A stretch of 64,000 nucleotides of DNA from the human T2T-CHM13v2.0 reference genome, Homo sapiens. The translations under genes and the position numbers were made by a program. Where the stretch lies: NCBI RefSeq assembly GCF_009914755.1, contig NC_060948.1; one strand, 5' to 3'. Position 1 is the first letter of the stretch; every line of letters starts with the position of its first letter. This document shows positions 42,705 to 56,917 of the stretch, piece after piece. A model generated the notes under the pieces. It was given only the letters and a program-made list of their open reading frames with translations. It was not told the DNA's origin and did no database searches.

Positions 42705-45700
42705 GTCTCGAATGGAATAAAAATGTATGGAATGGAATGCAATGAAACGGAATCGAATGTCATAGAATGTAATGGAATGCAAAAAAATGGAATCCAAAAT
42801 CATTGACTGGAAAGGCTGGGTGTCGAAAGGAATTGACTCCAATGGAATGGAATCGAATGGAGTGGAAGTGAATAGAATCGAACTAAATCGAATGGAATGG
42901 AATTGATAGGAACGGAATGGAAAGGAATGCAATGATTTGGCACGGAATGGAATCGAATGACATCGAATGGAATGGAATGGAATGCAATGGAATGGAACGT
43001 ATTAGAATGTAATGAACTTTAACGGAATGTACTCGAATGGATTCGACTGGAATGGAATGTTATGGAAGTGAATGGACTCCAATGGAATGGATTCAAAAGG
43101 AATGGAATCGTACGGAATGGAATCTAATGGAATGGAATTAAATGGAAATGAATCAAATTGAATAGCACGGAATTGAATTGAATGGAATGGAATGCAATGG
43201 AATCTAATGAAACGGAAAGGAAAGGAATGGAATGGAATGGAATGGGCTGGAATGGAAAGGAATCGAAACGAATGGAATGGAATCGAACTGAAGAGACTGG
43301 AATGGAATGCACTGGAATGGAAGGGAGTGTAATGGAAGTTTCTCGAAAAAAATGGAATCGAATGGAATGGAATTGAATGGAACGGAATAGAGTCGAATGG
43401 AATTGAATGGAATGGAATGGACTAGAGTGAAATGGAATCGAACCACAAGGAATGGACTGGAATAGAATGGTCTCGAATTGAATGGAATCGTATGGAATGG
43501 CATCAAACGGAATGGAATGGACAGCCACGGAATGGAATGCACTCGAATGCAATGGAGTCGAAACTAATGGACTGGAATAGAATGGACTCGACTGGTACGG
43601 ACTCCAATGGAATGGAATCGAATGGAAGGGAATCGAACGGAATGGACTCGAAGGGAAAAGACTGCAATGGAAAGGTCTCGAATGGAATGGAAATAAATGG
43701 AATGGAATGGAATCGAATGAAATGGAGTCAAAAGGAATGGAATCGAATGGCAAGAAATCGAATGTAATGGAATCGCAAGGAATTGATGTGAACGGAACGG
43801 AATGGAATGGAATCCAAAGGAATGGAATAAAATGGAATGGAATCGAATGGAAAGGACTCGAATGGAAATCACTCGAATAGAATGCAATTTAATAAAATAG
43901 GACCAAATGTAATGGAATGGAATGGAAAGGAATCGAAACGGAAGGAATGGAGACAGATGGAATGGAATGGAACAGAGAGCAATGGTATAGAATGGAATGG
44001 AATCATCTGGAATGGAATGGAATGGAATGGAATGAAATGCCCTTGAATTAAATGGACTGGAATGGAATGGACTCGAACAGAGTGGAATGGAAAGTGTTGA
44101 GATAGAATGGAATGGACTCTTTTGGAATGGTCTAGTATGCAATGCAATCGACTGGCAGGGAATCAAAAGGAATGTAATCGAATGGATTGGACTGGAATGC
44201 AATGGACTGGAATAGATTACAAACGGGATGCAAAGGAATGGAATGGAATAGTATGGAATGGAATGGAAAGGAATGGAGTGGAATAGACTAGAGTGGAATG
44301 GAATGGACTGGAAAGAAATGGACTGGAATGGAACTTTCTTGAATGGACTGGAATCAAACGGAATGGAATGCAATGCAATCAAATGGCATGGAATAAAATA
44401 GAATGAAAGAGAATCAAATGGAATTGAATCGAATGGAATCGAATGGATTGGAAAGGAATAGAATGGAATGGAATGGAATTGACTCAAATGGAATGGACTA
44501 GAATGGAATGGATTCGAATGGAAGGCAAAGGAATGGAATCTATTGGAATGGAATGTAATGGAATGGAATGGAAGGGATTGGAATGGACTCGAATGGAATG
44601 GACTGCAATAGAAAGGATTCGAATGGAATGAAAAAGAATTGAATGGAATAAAACAGAATGGAATGAAATCGAATGAAATGGAATGGAATAGAAAGGAATG
44701 GAATGAAATGGAATGGAAAGGATTCGAATGGAATGCAATCGAATGGAATGGAATCGAACGGAATGGAATAAAATGGAAGAAAACTGGCAAGAAATGGAAT
44801 CGAAATGAATGGAGTGTTATGGAACGGACTCAAAAGGAATTGAATGTAATAGAATGGAGTGGAGTGGACTCGAATATAATGGACTGGAATGGAATGAAAT
44901 CACATGGAATGGGAACGAATGGAATGGAATGGAAAGGAATGGAATCGAATGGAAAGGAATCGAATGGAAGGGAATGAAATTGAATCAACAGGAATGGAAG
45001 GGAATAGAATAGACGGTAATGGAATGGACTCGAATAGAATGGACACGAATGCTCAAATTGAATGGACTCGAATGGAATGGAAACGAAAGGAATGTCATCG
45101 AATGGAATTGAATGGATTGGAATGAAATCGCATAGAATGGAGTGGAATCAAATGGAATTGAATCGAAAGGAAAGGAAGCGAATGGACTGAAATGAAATGG
45201 AATGGAATTGAATGGAAAGTAATGCAATGGAATAGAATGGAACGAAATTTCACGGAATGGAATCAAACTGAATGGAATCAAATCAATGGAATCAAATCAA
45301 ATGGAATGGAAAGGAATTGAATGGAGTAGATTGGATTGGATGGGATTGGAATGAAATGTACTGGAAAGGACTCGAATTTCATGAAACGGAATGGAATGAA
45401 TTGGAACGGAATGGACTCGAATGGAATGGAATGTCATGGAATGGCATCAAATGGAATGGCATCAAATGGAATGGAATCGAATGCAATGGAATGCTATGGA
45501 ATGGAATGGAATGCATTGGAATGGAATGTCCCCTAATGGAATGGATTCGAGTGGAATGGAATCGAATATAATGGAGTCGAATGAAATGGAATTGAAAGGA
45601 ATGGGATCGAATAGAATGGAATATACTTTAATGTAATGTAATGAACTCGAATGTAATTGACTGGAATGGAATGTACATGAATGGAATGTAATCGAATGGA

Positions 45701-46248
45701 AAGTAATCCAATGGAATAGAATCTAATGCAATAAAACCGACTCAGATAGAGTAGAATGTAATGGAATGGAGTGCAGTGCAATGGAAGGGAATGGAATTGA
45801 ATGCAATGGAATGGAATGGAATGGAATGGAATGGAATGGAATGGAATGGAATGGAATGGGATGGAATGGTATGGAATGGATAGTAATGGACTGGAGTGAA
45901 ATGGACTGGAAAGGAATGGACTCAAATTGAAAGGGCTCGAAAGGAATGGAGTCAAATGGAATGGTCTGGAATGGAATGAACACGAATGTAATGCAATCCA
46001 ATAGAATGGAATCGAATGGCATGGAATATAAAGAAATGGAATCGAAGAGAATGGAAACAAATGGAATGGAATTGAATGGAATGGAATTGAATGGAATGGG
46101 AACGAATGGAGTGAAATTGTATGCAGTAGAAGGGAATAGAATGGAATGCAAGCGAAAGGAAAGGAATGGATTGGAATGGAATGGAATTCATTGGAATGGA
46201 AGGGAATGTAGTGTAATGGACAGGCCTGGAATAAAGTGGAATGCTACG
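42705..46248 (+). repeat. Unit U13 (3,544 bp)
   Basis: Anchor to anchor. Same 30-bp deletion as U11, near 44009-44038. Confidence 0.93.
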
Positions 46249-49200
46249 GTCTCGAATGGAATAAAAATGTATGGAATGGAATGCAATGAAACGGAATCGA
46301 ATGTCATAGAATGTAATGGAATGCAAAAAAATGGAATCCAAAATCATTGACTGGAAAGGCTGGGTGTCGAAAGGAATTGACTCCAATGGAATGGAATCGA
46401 ATGGAATGGAAGTGAATAGAATCGAACTAAATCGAATGGAATGGAATTGATAGGAACGGAATGGAAAGGAATGCAATGATTTGGCATGGAATGGAATCGA
46501 ATGGCATCGAATGGAATGGAATGGAATGCAATGGAATGGAATGTATTAGAATGTAATGAACTTTAATGGAATGTACTCGAATGGATTCGACTGGAATGGA
46601 ATGTTCTGGAAGTGAATGGACTCCAATGGAATGGATTCCAAAGGAATGGAATCGTACGGAATGGAATCTAATGGAATGGAATTAAATGGAAATGAATCAA
46701 ATTGAATAGCACGGAATTGAATTGAATGGAATGGAATGCAATGGAATCTAATGAAACGGAAAGGAAAGGAATGGAATGGAATGGAATGGACTGGAATGGA
46801 AAGGAATCGAAACGAATGGAATGGAATCGAACTGAAGAGACTGGAATGGAATGCACTGGAATGGAAGGGAGTGTAATGGAAGGTTCTCGAAAAAAATGGA
46901 ATCGAATGGAATGGAATTGAATGGAACGGAATAGAGTCGAATGGAATTGAATGGAATGGAATGGACTAGAGTGAAATGGAATCGAACCACAAGGAATGGA
47001 CAGGAATAGAATGGTCTCGAATTGAATGGAATCGTATGGAATGGCATCAAACGGAATGGAATGGACAGCCACGGAATGGAATGCACTCGAATGCAATGGA
47101 GTCGAAACTAATGGACTGGAATAGAATGGACTCGACTGGTACGGACTCCAATGGAATGGAATCGAATGGAAGGGAATCGAACGGAATGGACTCGAAGGGA
47201 AATGACTGCAATGGAAAGGTCTCGAATGGAATGGAAATTAATGGAATGGAATGGAATCGAATGAAATGGAGTCAAAAGGAATGGAATCGAATGGCAAGAA
47301 ATCGAATGTAATGGAATCACAAGGAATTGATGTGAACGGAACGGAATGGAATGGAATCCAAAGGAATGGAATAGAATGGAATGGAATCGAATGGAAAGGA
47401 CTCGAATGGAAATCACTCGAATAGAATGCAATTTAATAAAATAGGATCAAATGTAATGGAATGGAATGGAAAGGAATCGAAACGAAAGGAATGGAGACAG
47501 ATGGAATGGAATGGAACAGAGAGCAATGGTATAGAATGGAATGGAATCATCTGGAATGGAATTGAATGGAATGGAATAATATGAAATGGAATGGAATGGA
47601 ATGGAATGGAATGCCCTTGAATTAAATGGACTGGAATGGAATGGACTCGAACAGAGTGGAATGGAAAGTGTTGAGATAGAATGGAATGGACTCCTTTGGA
47701 ATGGTCTAGTATGCAATGCAATCGACTGGCAGGGAATCAAAAGGAATGTAATGGAATGGATTGGACTGGAATGCAATGGACTCGAATAGATTGCAAACGG
47801 AATGCAAAGGAATGGAATGGAATATTATGGAATGGAATGGAAAGGAATGGAGTGGAATAGACTAGAGTGGAATGGAATGGACTGGAAAGAAATGGACTGG
47901 AATGGAACTTTCTTGAATGGACCTGAATCAAACGGAATGGAATGCAATGCAATCAAATGGCATGGAATAAAATAGAATGAAAGAGAATCAAATGGAATTG
48001 AATCGAATGGAATCGAATGGATTGGAAAGGAATAGAATGGAATGGAATGGAATTGACTCAAATGGAATGGACTAGAATGGAATGGATTCGAATGGAAGGC
48101 AAAGGAATGGAATCTATTGGAATGGACTGTAATGGAATGGAATGGAAGGGATTGGAATGGACTCGAATGGAATGGACTGCAATAGAAAGGATTCGAATGG
48201 AATGAAAAAGAATTGAATGGAATAAAACAGAATGGAATGAAATCGAATGAAATGGAATGGAATAGAAAGGAATGGAATGAAATGGAATGGAAAGGATTCG
48301 AATGGAATGCAATCGAATGGAATGGAATCGAACGGAATGGAATAAAATGGAAGAAAACTGGCAAGAAATGGAATCGAAATGAATGGAGTGTTATGGAACG
48401 GACTCAAAAGGAATTGAATGTAATAGAATGGAGTGGAGTGGACTCGAATATAATGGACTGGAATGGAATGAAATCACATGGAATGGGAACGAATGGAAAG
48501 GAATGGAATCGAATGGAAAGGAATCGAATGGAAGGGAATGAAATTGAATCAACAGGAATGGAAGGGAATAGAATAGACGGTAATGGAATGGACTCGAATA
48601 GAATGGACACGAATGCTCAAATTGAATGGACTCGAATGGAATGGAAACGAAAGGAATGTCATCGAATGGAATTGAATGGATTGGAATGAAATCGCATAGA
48701 ATGGAGTGGAATCAAATGGAATTGAATCGAAAGGAAAGGAAGCGAATGGACTGAAATGAAATGGAATGGAATTGAATGGAAAGTAATGCAATGGAATAGA
48801 ATGGAACGAAATTTCACGGAATGGAATCAAACTGAATGGAATCAAATCAATGGAATCAAATCAAATGGAATGGAAAGGAATTGAATGGAGTAGATTGGAT
48901 TGGATGGGATTGGAATGAAATGTACTGGAAAGGACTCGAATTTCATGAAACGGAATGGAATGAATTGGAACGGAATGGACTCGAATGGAATGGAATGTCA
49001 TGGAATGGCATCAAATGGAATGGCATCAAATGGAATGGAATCGAATGCAATGGAATGCTATGGAATGGAATGGAATGCATTGGAATGGAATGTCCCCTAA
49101 TGGAATGGATTCGAGTGGAATGGAATCGAATATAATGGAGTCGAATGAAATGGAATTGAAAGGAATGGGATCGAATAGAATGGAATATACTGGAATGTAA

Positions 49201-49817
49201 TGTAATGAACTCGAATGTAATTGACTGGAATGGAATGTACATGAATGGAATGTAATCGAATGGAAAGTAATCCAATGGAATAGAATCTAATGCAATAAAA
49301 CCGACTCAGATAGAGTAGAATGTAATGGAATGGAGTGCAGTGCAATGGAAGGGAATGGAATTGAATGCAATGGAATGGAATGGAATGGAATGGAATGGAA
49401 TGGAATGGAATGGAATGGAATGGAATGGGATGGAATGGTATGGAATGGATAGTAATGGACTGGAGTGAAATGGACTGGAAAGGAATGGACTCAAATTGAA
49501 AGGGCTCGAAAGGAATGGAGTCAAATGGAATGGTCTGGAATGGAATGAACACGAATGTAATGCAATCCAATAGAATGGAATCGAATGGCATGGAATATAA
49601 AGAAATGGAATCGAAGAGAATGGAAACAAATGGAATGGAATTGAATGGAATGGAATTGAATGGAATGGGAACGAATGGAGTGAAATTGTATGCAGTAGAA
49701 GGGAATAGAATGGAATGCAAGCGAAAGGAAAGGAATGGATTGGAATGGAATGGAATTCATTGGAATGGAAGGGAATGTAGTGTAATGGACAGGCCTGGAA
49801 TAAAGTGGAATGCTACG
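46249..49817 (+). repeat. Unit U14 (3,569 bp)
   Basis: Anchor to anchor. 10-bp deletion near 48495. Confidence 0.93.
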
Positions 49818-52800
49818 GTCTCGAATGGAATAAAAATGTATGGAATGGAATGCAATGAAACGGAATCGAATGTCATAGAATGTAATGGAATGCAAAAAAA
49901 TGGAATCCAAAATCATTGACTGGAAAGGCTGGGTGTCGAAAGGAATTGACTCCAATGGAATGGAATCGAATGGAATGGAAGTGAATAGAATCGAACTAAA
50001 TCGAATGGAATGGAATTGATAGGAACGGAATGGAAAGGAATGCAATGATTTGGCATGGAATGGAATCGAATGGCATCGAATGGAATGGAATGGAATGCAA
50101 TGGAATGGAATGTATTAGAATGTAATGAACTTTAATGGAATGTACTCGAATGGATTCGACTGGAATGGAATGTTCTGGAAGTGAATGGACTCCAATGGAA
50201 TGGATTCCAAAGGAATGGAATCGTACGGAATGGAATCTAATGGAATGGAATTAAATGGAAATGAATCAAATTGAATAGCACGGAATTGAATTGAATGGAA
50301 TGGAATGCAATGGAATCTAATGAAACGGAAAGGAAAGGAATGGAATGGAATGGAATGGACTGGAATGGAAAGGAATCGAAACGAATGGAATGGAATCGAA
50401 CTGAAGAGACTGGAATGGAATGCACTGGAATGGAAGGGAGTGTAATGGAAGGTTCTCGAAAAAAATGGAATCGAATGGAATGGAATTGAATGGAACGGAA
50501 TAGAGTCGAATGGAATTGAATGGAATGGAATGGACTAGAGTGAAATGGAATCGAACCACAAGGAATGGACATGAATAGAATGATCTCGAATTGAATGGAA
50601 TCGTATGGAATGGCATCAAACGGAATGGAATGGACAGCCACGGAATGGAATGCACTCGAATGCAATGGAGTCGAAACTAATGGACTGGAATAGAATGGAC
50701 TCGACTGGTACGGACTCCAATGGAATGGAATCGAATGGAAGGGAATCGAACGGAATGGACTCGAAGGGAAATGACTGCAATGGAAAGGTCTCGAATGGAA
50801 TGGAAATTAATGGAATGGAATGGAATCGAATGAAATGGAGTCAAAAGGAATGGAATCGAATGGCAAGAAATCGAATGTAATGGAATCACAAGGAATTGAT
50901 GTGAACGGAACGGAATGGAATGGAATCCAAAGGAATGGAATAGAATGGAATGGAATCGAATGGAAAGGACTCGAATGGAAATCACTCGAATAGAATGCAA
51001 TTTAATAAAATAGGATCAAATGTAATGGAATGGAATGGAAAGGAATCGAAACGAAAGGAATGGAGACAGATGGAATGGAATGGAACAGAGAGCAATGGTA
51101 TAGAATGGAATGGAATCATCTGGAATGGAATTGAATGGAATGGAATAATATGAAATGGAATGGAATGGAATGGAATGGAATGCCCTTGAATTAAATGGAC
51201 TGGAATGGAATGGACTCGAACAGAGTGGAATGGAAAGTGTTGAGATAGAATGGAATGGACTCCTTTGGAATGGTCTAGTATGCAATGCAATCGACTGGCA
51301 GGGAATCAAAAGGAATGTAATGGAATGGATTGGACTGGAATGCAATGGACTCGAATAGATTGCAAACGGAATGCAAAGGAATGGAATGGAATATTATGGA
51401 ATGGAATGGAAAGGAATGGAGTGGAATAGACTAGAGTGGAATGGAATGGACTGGAAAGAAATGGACTGGAATGGAACTTTCTTGAATGGACCTGAATCAA
51501 ACGGAATGGAATGCAATGCAATCAAATGGCATGGAATAAAATAGAATGAAAGAGAATCAAATGGAATTGAATCGAATGGAATCGAATGGATTGGAAAGGA
51601 ATAGAATGGAATGGAATGGAATTGACTCAAATGGAATGGACTAGAATGGAATGGATTCGAATGGAAGGCAAAGGAATGGAATCTATTGGAATGGACTGTA
51701 ATGGAATGGAATGGAAGGGATTGGAATGGACTCGAATGGAATGGACTGCAATAGAAAGGATTCGAATGGAATGAAAAAGAATTGAATGGAATAAAACAGA
51801 ATGGAATGAAATCGAATGAAATGGAATGGAATAGAAAGGAATGGAATGAAATGGAATGGAAAGGATTCGAATGGAATGCAATCGAATGGAATGGAATCGA
51901 ACGGAATGGAATAAAATGGAAGAAAACTGGCAAGAAATGGAATCGAAATGAATGGAGTGTTATGGAACGGACTCAAAAGGAATTGAATGTAATAGAATGG
52001 AGTGGAGTGGACTCGAATATAATGGACTGGAATGGAATGAAATCACATGGAATGGGAACGAATGGAAAGGAATGGAATCGAATGGAAAGGAATCGAATGG
52101 AAGGGAATGAAATTGAATCAACAGGAATGGAAGGGAATAGAATAGACGGTAATGGAATGGACTCGAATAGAATGGACACGAATGCTCAAATTGAATGGAC
52201 TCGAATGGAATGGAAACGAAAGGAATGTCATCGAATGGAATTGAATCGATTGGAATGAAATCGCATAGAATGGAGTGGAATCAAATGGAATTGAATCGAA
52301 AGGAAAGGAAGCGAATGGACTGAAATGAAATGGAATGGAATTGAATGGAAAGTAATGCAATGGAATAGAATGGAACGAAATTTCACGGAATGGAATCAAA
52401 CTGAATGGAATCAAATCAATGGCATCAAATCAAATGGAATGGAAAGGAATTGAATGGAGTAGATTGGATTGGATGGGATTGGAATGAAATGTACTGGAAA
52501 GGACTCGAATTTCATGAAACGGAATGGAATGAATTGGAACGGAATGGACTCGAATGGAATGGAATGTCATGGAATGGCATCAAATGGAATGGCATCAAAT
52601 GGAATGGAATCGAATGCAATGGAATGCTATGGAATGGAATGGAATGCATTGGAATGGAATGTCCCCTAATGGAATGGATTCGAGTGGAATGGAATCGAAT
52701 ATAATGGAGTCGAATGAAATGGAATTGAAAGGAATGGGATCGAATAGAATGGAATATACTGGAATGTAATGTAATGAACTCGAATGTAATTGACTGGAAT

Positions 52801-53376
52801 GGAATGTACATGAATGGAATGTAATCGAATGGAAAGTAATCCAATGGAATAGAATCTAATGCAATAAAACCGACTCAGATAGAGTAGAATGTAATGGAAT
52901 GGAGTGCAGTGCAATGGAAGGGATTGGAATTGAATGCAATGGAATGGAATGGAATGGAATGGAATGGAATGGAATGGAATGGAATGGGATGGAATGGTAT
53001 GGAATGGATAGTAATGGACTGGAGTGAAATGGACTGGAAAGGAATGGACTCAAATTGAAAGGGCTCGAAAGGAATGGAGTCAAATGGAATGGTCTGGAAT
53101 GGAATGAACACGAATGTAATGCAATCCAATAGAATGGAATCGAATGGCATGGAATATAAAGAAATGGAATCGAAGAGAATGGAAACAAATGGAATGGAAT
53201 TGAGTGGAATGGAATTGAATGGAATGGGAACGAATGGAATGAAATTGTATGCAGTAGAAGGGAATAGAATGGAATGCAAGCGAAAGGAAAGGAATGGATT
53301 GGAATGGAATGGAATTCATTGGAATGGAAGGGAATGTAGTGTAATGGACAGGCCTGGAATAAAGTGGAATGCTACG
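49818..53376 (+). repeat. Unit U15 (3,559 bp)
   Basis: Anchor to anchor. Same 10-bp deletion near 52064. Confidence 0.93.
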
Positions 53377-56300
53377 GTCTCGAATGGAATAAAAATGTAT
53401 GGAATGGAATGCAATGAAACGGAATCGAATGTCATAGAATGTAATGGAATGCAAAAAAATGGAATCCAAAATCATTGACTGGAAAGGCTGGGTGTCGAAA
53501 GGAATTGACTCCAATGGAATGGAATCGAATGGAATGGAAGTGAATAGAATCGAAGTAAATCGAATGGAATGGAATTGATAGGAACGGAATGGAAAGGAAT
53601 GCAATGATTTGGCATGGAATGGAATCGAATGGCATCGAATGGAATGGAATGGAATGCAATGGAATGGAATGTATTAGAATGTAATGAACTTTAATGGAAT
53701 GTACTCGAATGGATTCGACTGGAATGGAATGTTGTGGAAGTGAATGGACTCCAATGGAATGGATTCCAAAGGAATGGAATCGTACGGAATGGAATCTAAT
53801 GGAATGGAATTAAATGGAAATGAATCAAATTGAATAGCACGGAATTGAATTGAATGGAATGGAATGCAATGGAATCTAATGAAACGGAAAGGAAAGGAAT
53901 GGAATGGAATGGAATGGGCTGGAATGGAAAGGAATCGAAACGAATGGAATGGAATCGAACTGAAGAGACTGGAATGGAATGCACTGGAATGGAAGGGAGT
54001 GTAATGGAAGGTTCTCGAAAAAAATGGAATCGAATGGAATGGAATTGAATGGAACGGAATAGAGTCGAATGGAATTGAATGGAATGGAATGGACTAGAGT
54101 GAAATGGAATCGAACCACAAGGAATGGACAGGAATAGAATGGTCTCGAATTGAATGGAATCGTATGGAATGGCATCAAACGGAATGGAATGGACAGCCAC
54201 GGAATGGAATGCACTCGAATGCAATGGAGTCGAAACTAATGGACTGGAATAGAATGGACTCGACTGGTACGGACTCCAATGGAATGGAATCGAATGGAAG
54301 GGAATCGAACGGAATGGACTCGAAGGGAAAAGACTGCAATGGAAAGGTCTCGAATGGAATGGAAATTAATGGAATGGAATGGAATCGAATGAAATGGAGT
54401 CAAAAGGAATGGAATCGAATGGCAAGAAATCGAATGTAATGGAATCGCAAGGAATTGATGTGAACGGAACGGAATGGAATGGAATCCAAAGGAATGGAAT
54501 AGAATGGAATGGAATCGAATGGAAAGGACTCGAATGGAAATCACTCGAATAGAATGCAATTTAATAAAATAGGATCAAATGTAATGGAATGGAATGGAAA
54601 GGAATCGAAACGAAAGGAATGGAGACAGATGGAATGGAATGGAACAGAGAGCAATGGTATAGAATGGAATGGAATCATCTGGAATGGAATTGAATGGAAT
54701 GGAATAATATGAAATGGAATGGAATGGAATGGAATGGAATGCCCTTGAATTAAATGGACTGGAATGGAATGGACTCGAACAGAGTGGAACGGAAAGTGTT
54801 GAGATAGAATGGAATGGACTCCTTTGGAATGGTGTAGTATGCAATGCAATCGACTGGCAGGGAATCAAAAGGAATGTAATCGAATGGATTGGACTGGAAT
54901 GCAATGGACTCGAATAGATTGGAAACGGAATGCAAAGGAATGGAATGGAATAGTATGGAATGGAATGGAAAGGAATGGAGTGGAATAGACTAGAGTGGAA
55001 TGGAATGGACTGGAAAGCAATGGACTGGAATGGAACTTTCTTGAATGGACTGGAATCAAACGGAATGGAATGCAATGCAATCAAATGGCATGGAATAAAG
55101 TAGAATGAAAGAGAATCAAATGGAATTGAATCGAATGGAATCGAATGGATTGGAAAGGAATAGAATGGAATGGAATGGAATTGACTCAAATGGAATGGAC
55201 TAGAATGGAATGGATTCGAATGGAAGGCAAAGGAATGGAATCTATTGGAATGGACTGTAATGGAATGGAATGGAAGGGATTGGAATGGACTCGAATGGAA
55301 TGGACTGCAATAGAAAGGATTCGAATGGAATGAAAAAGAATTGAATGGAATAGAACAGAATGGAATCAAATCGAATGAAATGGAATGGAATAGAAAGGAA
55401 TGGAATGAAATGGAATAGAAAGGATTCGAATGGAATGCAATCGAATGGAATGGAATCGAAAGGAATGGAATAAAATGGAAGAAAACTGGCAAGTGGAGTG
55501 TTATGGAACGGACTCAAAAGGAATTGAATGGAATAGAATGGAATGGAGTGGACTCGAATATAATGGACTGGAATGGAATGAAATCACATGGAATGGGAAC
55601 GAATGGAATGGAATGGAAAGGAATGGAATCGAATGGAAAGGAATCGAATGGAAGGGAATGAAATTGAATCAACAGGAATGGAAGGGAATAGAATAGACGG
55701 TAATGGAATGGACTCGAATAGAATGGACAGGAATGCTCAAATTGAATGGACTCGAATGGAATGGAAACGAAAGGAATGTCATCGAATGGAATTGAATCGA
55801 TTGTAATGAAATCGCATAGAATGGAGTGGAATCAAATGGAATTGAATCGAAAGGAAAGGAAGCAAATGGACTGAAATGAAATGGAATGGAATTGAATGGA
55901 AAGTTATGTAATGGAATAGAATGGAACGAAATTTCACGGAATGGAATCAAACTGAATGGAATCAAATCAATGGAATCAAATCAAATGGAATGGAAAGGAA
56001 TTGAATGGAGTAGATTGGATTGGATGGGATTGGAATGAAATGTACTGGAAAGGACTCGAATTTCATGAAACAGAATGGAATGAATTGGAACGGAATGGAC
56101 TCGAATGGAATGGAATGTCATGGAATGGCATCAAATGGAATGGCATCAAATGGAATGGAATCGAATGCAATGGAAGGCTATGGAATGGAATGGAATGCAT
56201 TGGAATGGAATGTCCTCTAATGGAATGGATTCGAGTGGAATGGAATCGAATATAATGGAGTCGAATGAAATGGAATTGAAAGGAATGGGATCGAATAGAA

Positions 56301-56917
56301 TGGAATATACTGGAATGTAATGTAATGAACTCGAATGTAATTGACTGGAATGGAATGTACATGAATGGAATGTAATCGAATGGAAAGTAATCCAATGGAA
56401 TAGAATCTAATGCAATAAAACCGACTCAGATAGAGTAGAATGTAATGGAATGGAGTGCAGTGCAATGGAATGGAATGGAATGGAATGCAATGGAATGGAA
56501 TGGAATGGAATGGAATGGAATGGAATGGAATGGAATGGTGTGGAATGGATAGTAATGGACTGGAGTGAAATGGACTGGAAAGGAATGGACTCAAATTGAA
56601 AGGGCTCGAAAGGAATGGAGTCAAATGGAATGGTCTGGAATGGAATGAACACGAATGTAATGCAATCCAGTAGAATGGAATCGAATGGCATGGAATATAA
56701 AGAAATGGAATCGAAGAGAATGGAAACAAATGGAATGGAATTGAATGGAATGGAATTGAATGGAATGGGAACGAATGGAGTGAAATTGTATGCTGTAGAA
56801 GAGAATAGAATGGAATGCAAGCGAAAGGAAAGGAATGGATTAGAATGGAATGGAATTCATTGGAATGGAAGGGAATGTAGTGTAATGGACAGGCCTGGAA
56901 TAAAGTGGAATGCTACG
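53377..56917 (+). repeat. Unit U16 (3,541 bp)
   Basis: Anchor to anchor. 18-bp deletion at 55493/55494 and many private substitutions. Confidence 0.93.

Noticed and set aside
36466-44790. Two 408-aa minus-strand ORFs (36466-37692 and 43564-44790)
   Set aside because: They arise by chance fusion after an aggatc-to-aggacc change removes a stop. They are duplicated only because of the 7,098-bp duplication.
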